Sequence record: NZ_CP065264.1
From: a plasmid
Direction: 5' to 3' (one strand)
Length of the DNA stretch: 18,117 nucleotides
In this document: positions 16,338-18,117 of the stretch, piece by piece
Numbering within the stretch: position 1 is the stretch's first letter
How the letters are laid out: the number at the start of each line of letters is the position of its first letter
The notes under the pieces: generated by a model
Databases searched by the model: none
Told to the model about the DNA's origin: nothing
The model's input: the letters and a program-made list of their open reading frames with translations, nothing else
Program-made: the position numbers and the translations under genes

Positions 16338-16655
16338 CTACGTACGTTCTGAGAGTACCTGTGTAATTGCCTCGGCCAGCGCTTTGTCTGCGAGCAGCCG
16401 GTCGACGAGGGCGGAAAGCACCTCCTGGCCGGTCACCCGAGCCAAGCCCAGTCGCTCCGCAGTATCGCCTTGCCACACGTCCAAAGCTCGGTGTTGTGTC
16501 GGAGTGAGATCAACAGTGCGCCGCACGTTCTTCTGCCGCACTGCCGCTACCGGAGCAGCGGTCTCAACAGCCGGAGAGACGGCCGGAGCCGCAGGCTTCG
16601 GCGCCTTCCGAATCCGTTCTGCGTTCGCCTTAATCTTGTCCGCAGCCGTGCTCAT
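16338..16655 (-). CDS. Small 105-aa partition protein, ParG/omega-like ribbon-helix-helix centromere-binding partner of ParA.
   Basis: It lies immediately downstream of parA in the same orientation. It has a flexible basic N-terminus and then RRTVDLTPTQHRALDVWQGDTAERLGLARVTGQEVLSALVDRLL, which fits the RHH pattern (beta-strand, H..L, G.S...V...LV). AGGAGG lies 8 nt upstream of ATG 16655. Confidence 0.6.
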   Translation of the reverse strand: MSTAADKIKANAERIRKAPKPAAPAVSPAVETAAPVAAVRQKNVRRTVDLTPTQHRALDVWQGDTAERLGLARVTGQEVLSALVDRLLADKALAEAITQVLSERT

Positions 16656-16717
16656 CAGTCTGACCTCCTATTTCGTCACGCAGTATATACGCATCTACGG
16701 AGATCAGTCGGTACGGA

Positions 16718-17377
16718 TTACTGCGCGTCCGGAGCTAATAGCTCAGCCACAATTTCCCCGTATGCCGTACCCGCGGCATCGACAATGGGTGATCCGTAAG
16801 CCTGGGCGAACCGCTCCAGCCGCGCCACAGTCGGCCCCAGAACCCGCACCCCATCGCCGGCAACCAACTCACGGTAAGCCGTCGTCGACGCGGCATTGGA
16901 CACCGTTCGCGTGAACACCACACATAAAGCTGGGGGAGTGTCGTCAACCAGCGCCGCCGAATCCTCAACCAACTCACGGATCGCTGGCAGTCGCGCGTAC
17001 TCCATACCCGTGGGAGCCATGGGCACCACAACATGTGTCGCCAATCGGATCGCCGACCCGACCACACCCCGCCGCTCCTTCATCGGAGGGGTGTCAATCA
17101 CCACCGCGTCGTACCGATCACCGGCAATACCAGGCAGCTTCCGATGTAAATCCGTCACCGGCAGCCCGATAACAGGAACACTCCAACCGCCGGCCTCCGA
17201 CCACGACAACAGCGACTCGTTTTCGCCATCCGCATCAACTCCCAGCGCCGATAACCCCGCCTCGGCTAACGCATGCAGCATGAACGCCGCAGTCGTCGTC
17301 TTTGTCGAGCCGCCCTTGAGATTTGCCACCACGATCGTCAAACCAGAAGAACCCACCAACGCATCCTCTCCGTACAT
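16718..17377 (-). CDS. parA: ParA/Soj-family partition ATPase, small type-Ib form, 219 aa.
   Basis: Deviant Walker A LTIVVANLKGGSTKTTTA; Walker A' and Walker B-like VVIDTPP; 219 aa; followed by the small RHH gene. Confidence 0.9.
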   Translation of the reverse strand: MYGEDALVGSSGLTIVVANLKGGSTKTTTAAFMLHALAEAGLSALGVDADGENESLLSWSEAGGWSVPVIGLPVTDLHRKLPGIAGDRYDAVVIDTPPMKERRGVVGSAIRLATHVVVPMAPTGMEYARLPAIRELVEDSAALVDDTPPALCVVFTRTVSNAASTTAYRELVAGDGVRVLGPTVARLERFAQAYGSPIVDAAGTAYGEIVAELLAPDAQ

Positions 17378-17434
17378 ACGGATATGAGCTATTCAGTAAC
17401 TCAGCATAGAGCCATATGAGACCAAATGTGCAAC

Positions 17435-17452
17435 TACTGATATACGTATATC
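17435..17452. promoter_or_regulatory. 14-bp perfect palindrome GATATACGTATATC inside a ~24-bp imperfect palindrome, 60 nt upstream of parA in the parA / RHH-gene divergent region. Candidate par operator or centromere.
   Basis: Read directly from the sequence. The 12-mer CGTATATCAGTA (minus-strand sense here) recurs in opposite plus-strand orientation at 16309-16320 downstream of parG. Confidence 0.4.
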
Positions 17453-17580
17453 CGTACTTACTTATTCAAAGTGGAACTTACTCGGGAGCGCAAAAGTGCC
17501 AATCAGATAAGGCGGACCAGTGAAAAACCCTGGCGTGTCGCTACGGGTTCGTAACTGTTAGTTCGCGAATACTGGCGGCT

Positions 17581-17985
17581 ATGGCACAACGGCACAAGGG
17601 CAAGCGGCAGCAGATCGCGGCCCTAACTGATCCTCGGGTCCGGGCCGTCATGGTCGGACTCGCCACGCGACACGGCATTTCGGTCTCGCAGTACGTCGCA
17701 GACCTATTAGCAGTGGATGTCGGCCGACCTGACCTCGTTCGCGACCTCAAGCAGGCGACGATCCCCATCCTTGAAGATCTCGAAGTCGTCGTTGATGACG
17801 AACGGCTCATCGCTCCACGTGTGCATGTAGATGTCTATCAAGCGATCGCAGAGCGGGCCGGTAAGCGCCGGATGGGGCAGTACGTCGCCCGGGTATGTGA
17901 GGCCCACGCCAACGGCCACGCACTGCCTATCGACCACGCAACCGCTAACGAAAATCAGGAGGAATTACTACTGACCAGCGCATAG
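17581..17985 (+). CDS. 134-aa putative DNA-binding protein with two tandem ribbon-helix-helix-like motifs (CopG/Arc/omega-like regulator).
   Basis: Two internally repeated units: IAALTDPRVRAVMVGLATRHGISVSQYVADLL and IAPRVHVDVYQAIAERAGKRRMGQYVARVCEAH. Both follow the RHH pattern of beta-strand, helix A, G/S turn, helix B, with a shared SQYVA / GQYVA signature. Divergent from parA. Confidence 0.45.
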   Translation: MAQRHKGKRQQIAALTDPRVRAVMVGLATRHGISVSQYVADLLAVDVGRPDLVRDLKQATIPILEDLEVVVDDERLIAPRVHVDVYQAIAERAGKRRMGQYVARVCEAHANGHALPIDHATANENQEELLLTSA

Positions 17986-18047
17986 CCGCTGCGGATTCGC
18001 TTGCCGCAGAACATTTTTCAGTGCGCAGAACTTTGCTCAGAAAGCAT

Positions 18048-18077
18048 GAAACCCCCCTAGAAAACTAGGAGGGTTTC
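18048..18077 (+). terminator. Stem-loop GAAACCCCCCTAG-aaaa-CTAGGAGGGTTTC, 13-bp stem with one mismatch. Candidate factor-independent terminator for the RHH gene.
   Basis: Lies 60 nt after stop 17985 in an AT-richer tail. There is no strong U-tract, which is common in actinobacterial terminators. Confidence 0.35.
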
Positions 18078-18117
18078 TACGGAACGAAGTACCACCTTCG
18101 CTCCAAAGTTCTACGTC

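Noticed and set aside
16222-16914. 230-aa plus-strand ORF across the par region
   Set aside because: It is antisense to the ParG-like and ParA genes, which have clear motifs and RBS. The translation is low-complexity.
1-18117. Searched for CRISPR arrays, tRNA/rRNA genes, and IS or transposase genes
   Set aside because: There are no regularly spaced direct repeats with unique spacers. There are no tRNA-like cloverleaf segments or rRNA-like conserved blocks. No transposase or integrase motifs other than the small serine resolvase were seen.

Overview
High-GC (about 67%) actinobacterial plasmid or ICE backbone, Mycobacterium/Nocardia/Rhodococcus-like, with seven recognisable parts in order. (1) A putative replication initiator with a winged-HTH motif, 1-1458 on +. 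(2) A divergent pair: an 8-TM membrane protein on - and a very large MobF/TrwC-family relaxase-helicase (TraA-like) on +, sharing a C-rich intergenic region that may hold oriT and promoters. (3) A five-gene minus-strand operon, 13229 to 8621, of uncharacterised proteins linked by ATGA/TGATG stop-start overlaps; it includes a 787-aa three-part protein (helical N-domain, ~330-aa Gly/Ser/Ala/Pro disordered linker, globular C-domain) followed by a 136-aa ORF. (4) A 137-bp palindromic divergent control region around a perfect 25-bp inverted repeat. (5) A lower-GC accessory island, about 13.4-16.3 kb: an unknown 193-aa gene, a 62-aa double-TM peptide encoded in an ATC/ACC-rich tract, a candidate res site, a serine resolvase, and an Abi_2-type abortive-infection gene. 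(6) A type-Ib-like partition module, ParA plus a small ParG-like RHH protein, embedded in a family of AT-rich TACG-centred iteron-like repeats. (7) A divergent tandem-RHH regulator gene. No rRNA, tRNA or CRISPR was found. Most other ORFs in the six-frame track are antisense or alternate-frame artefacts of the high GC content.
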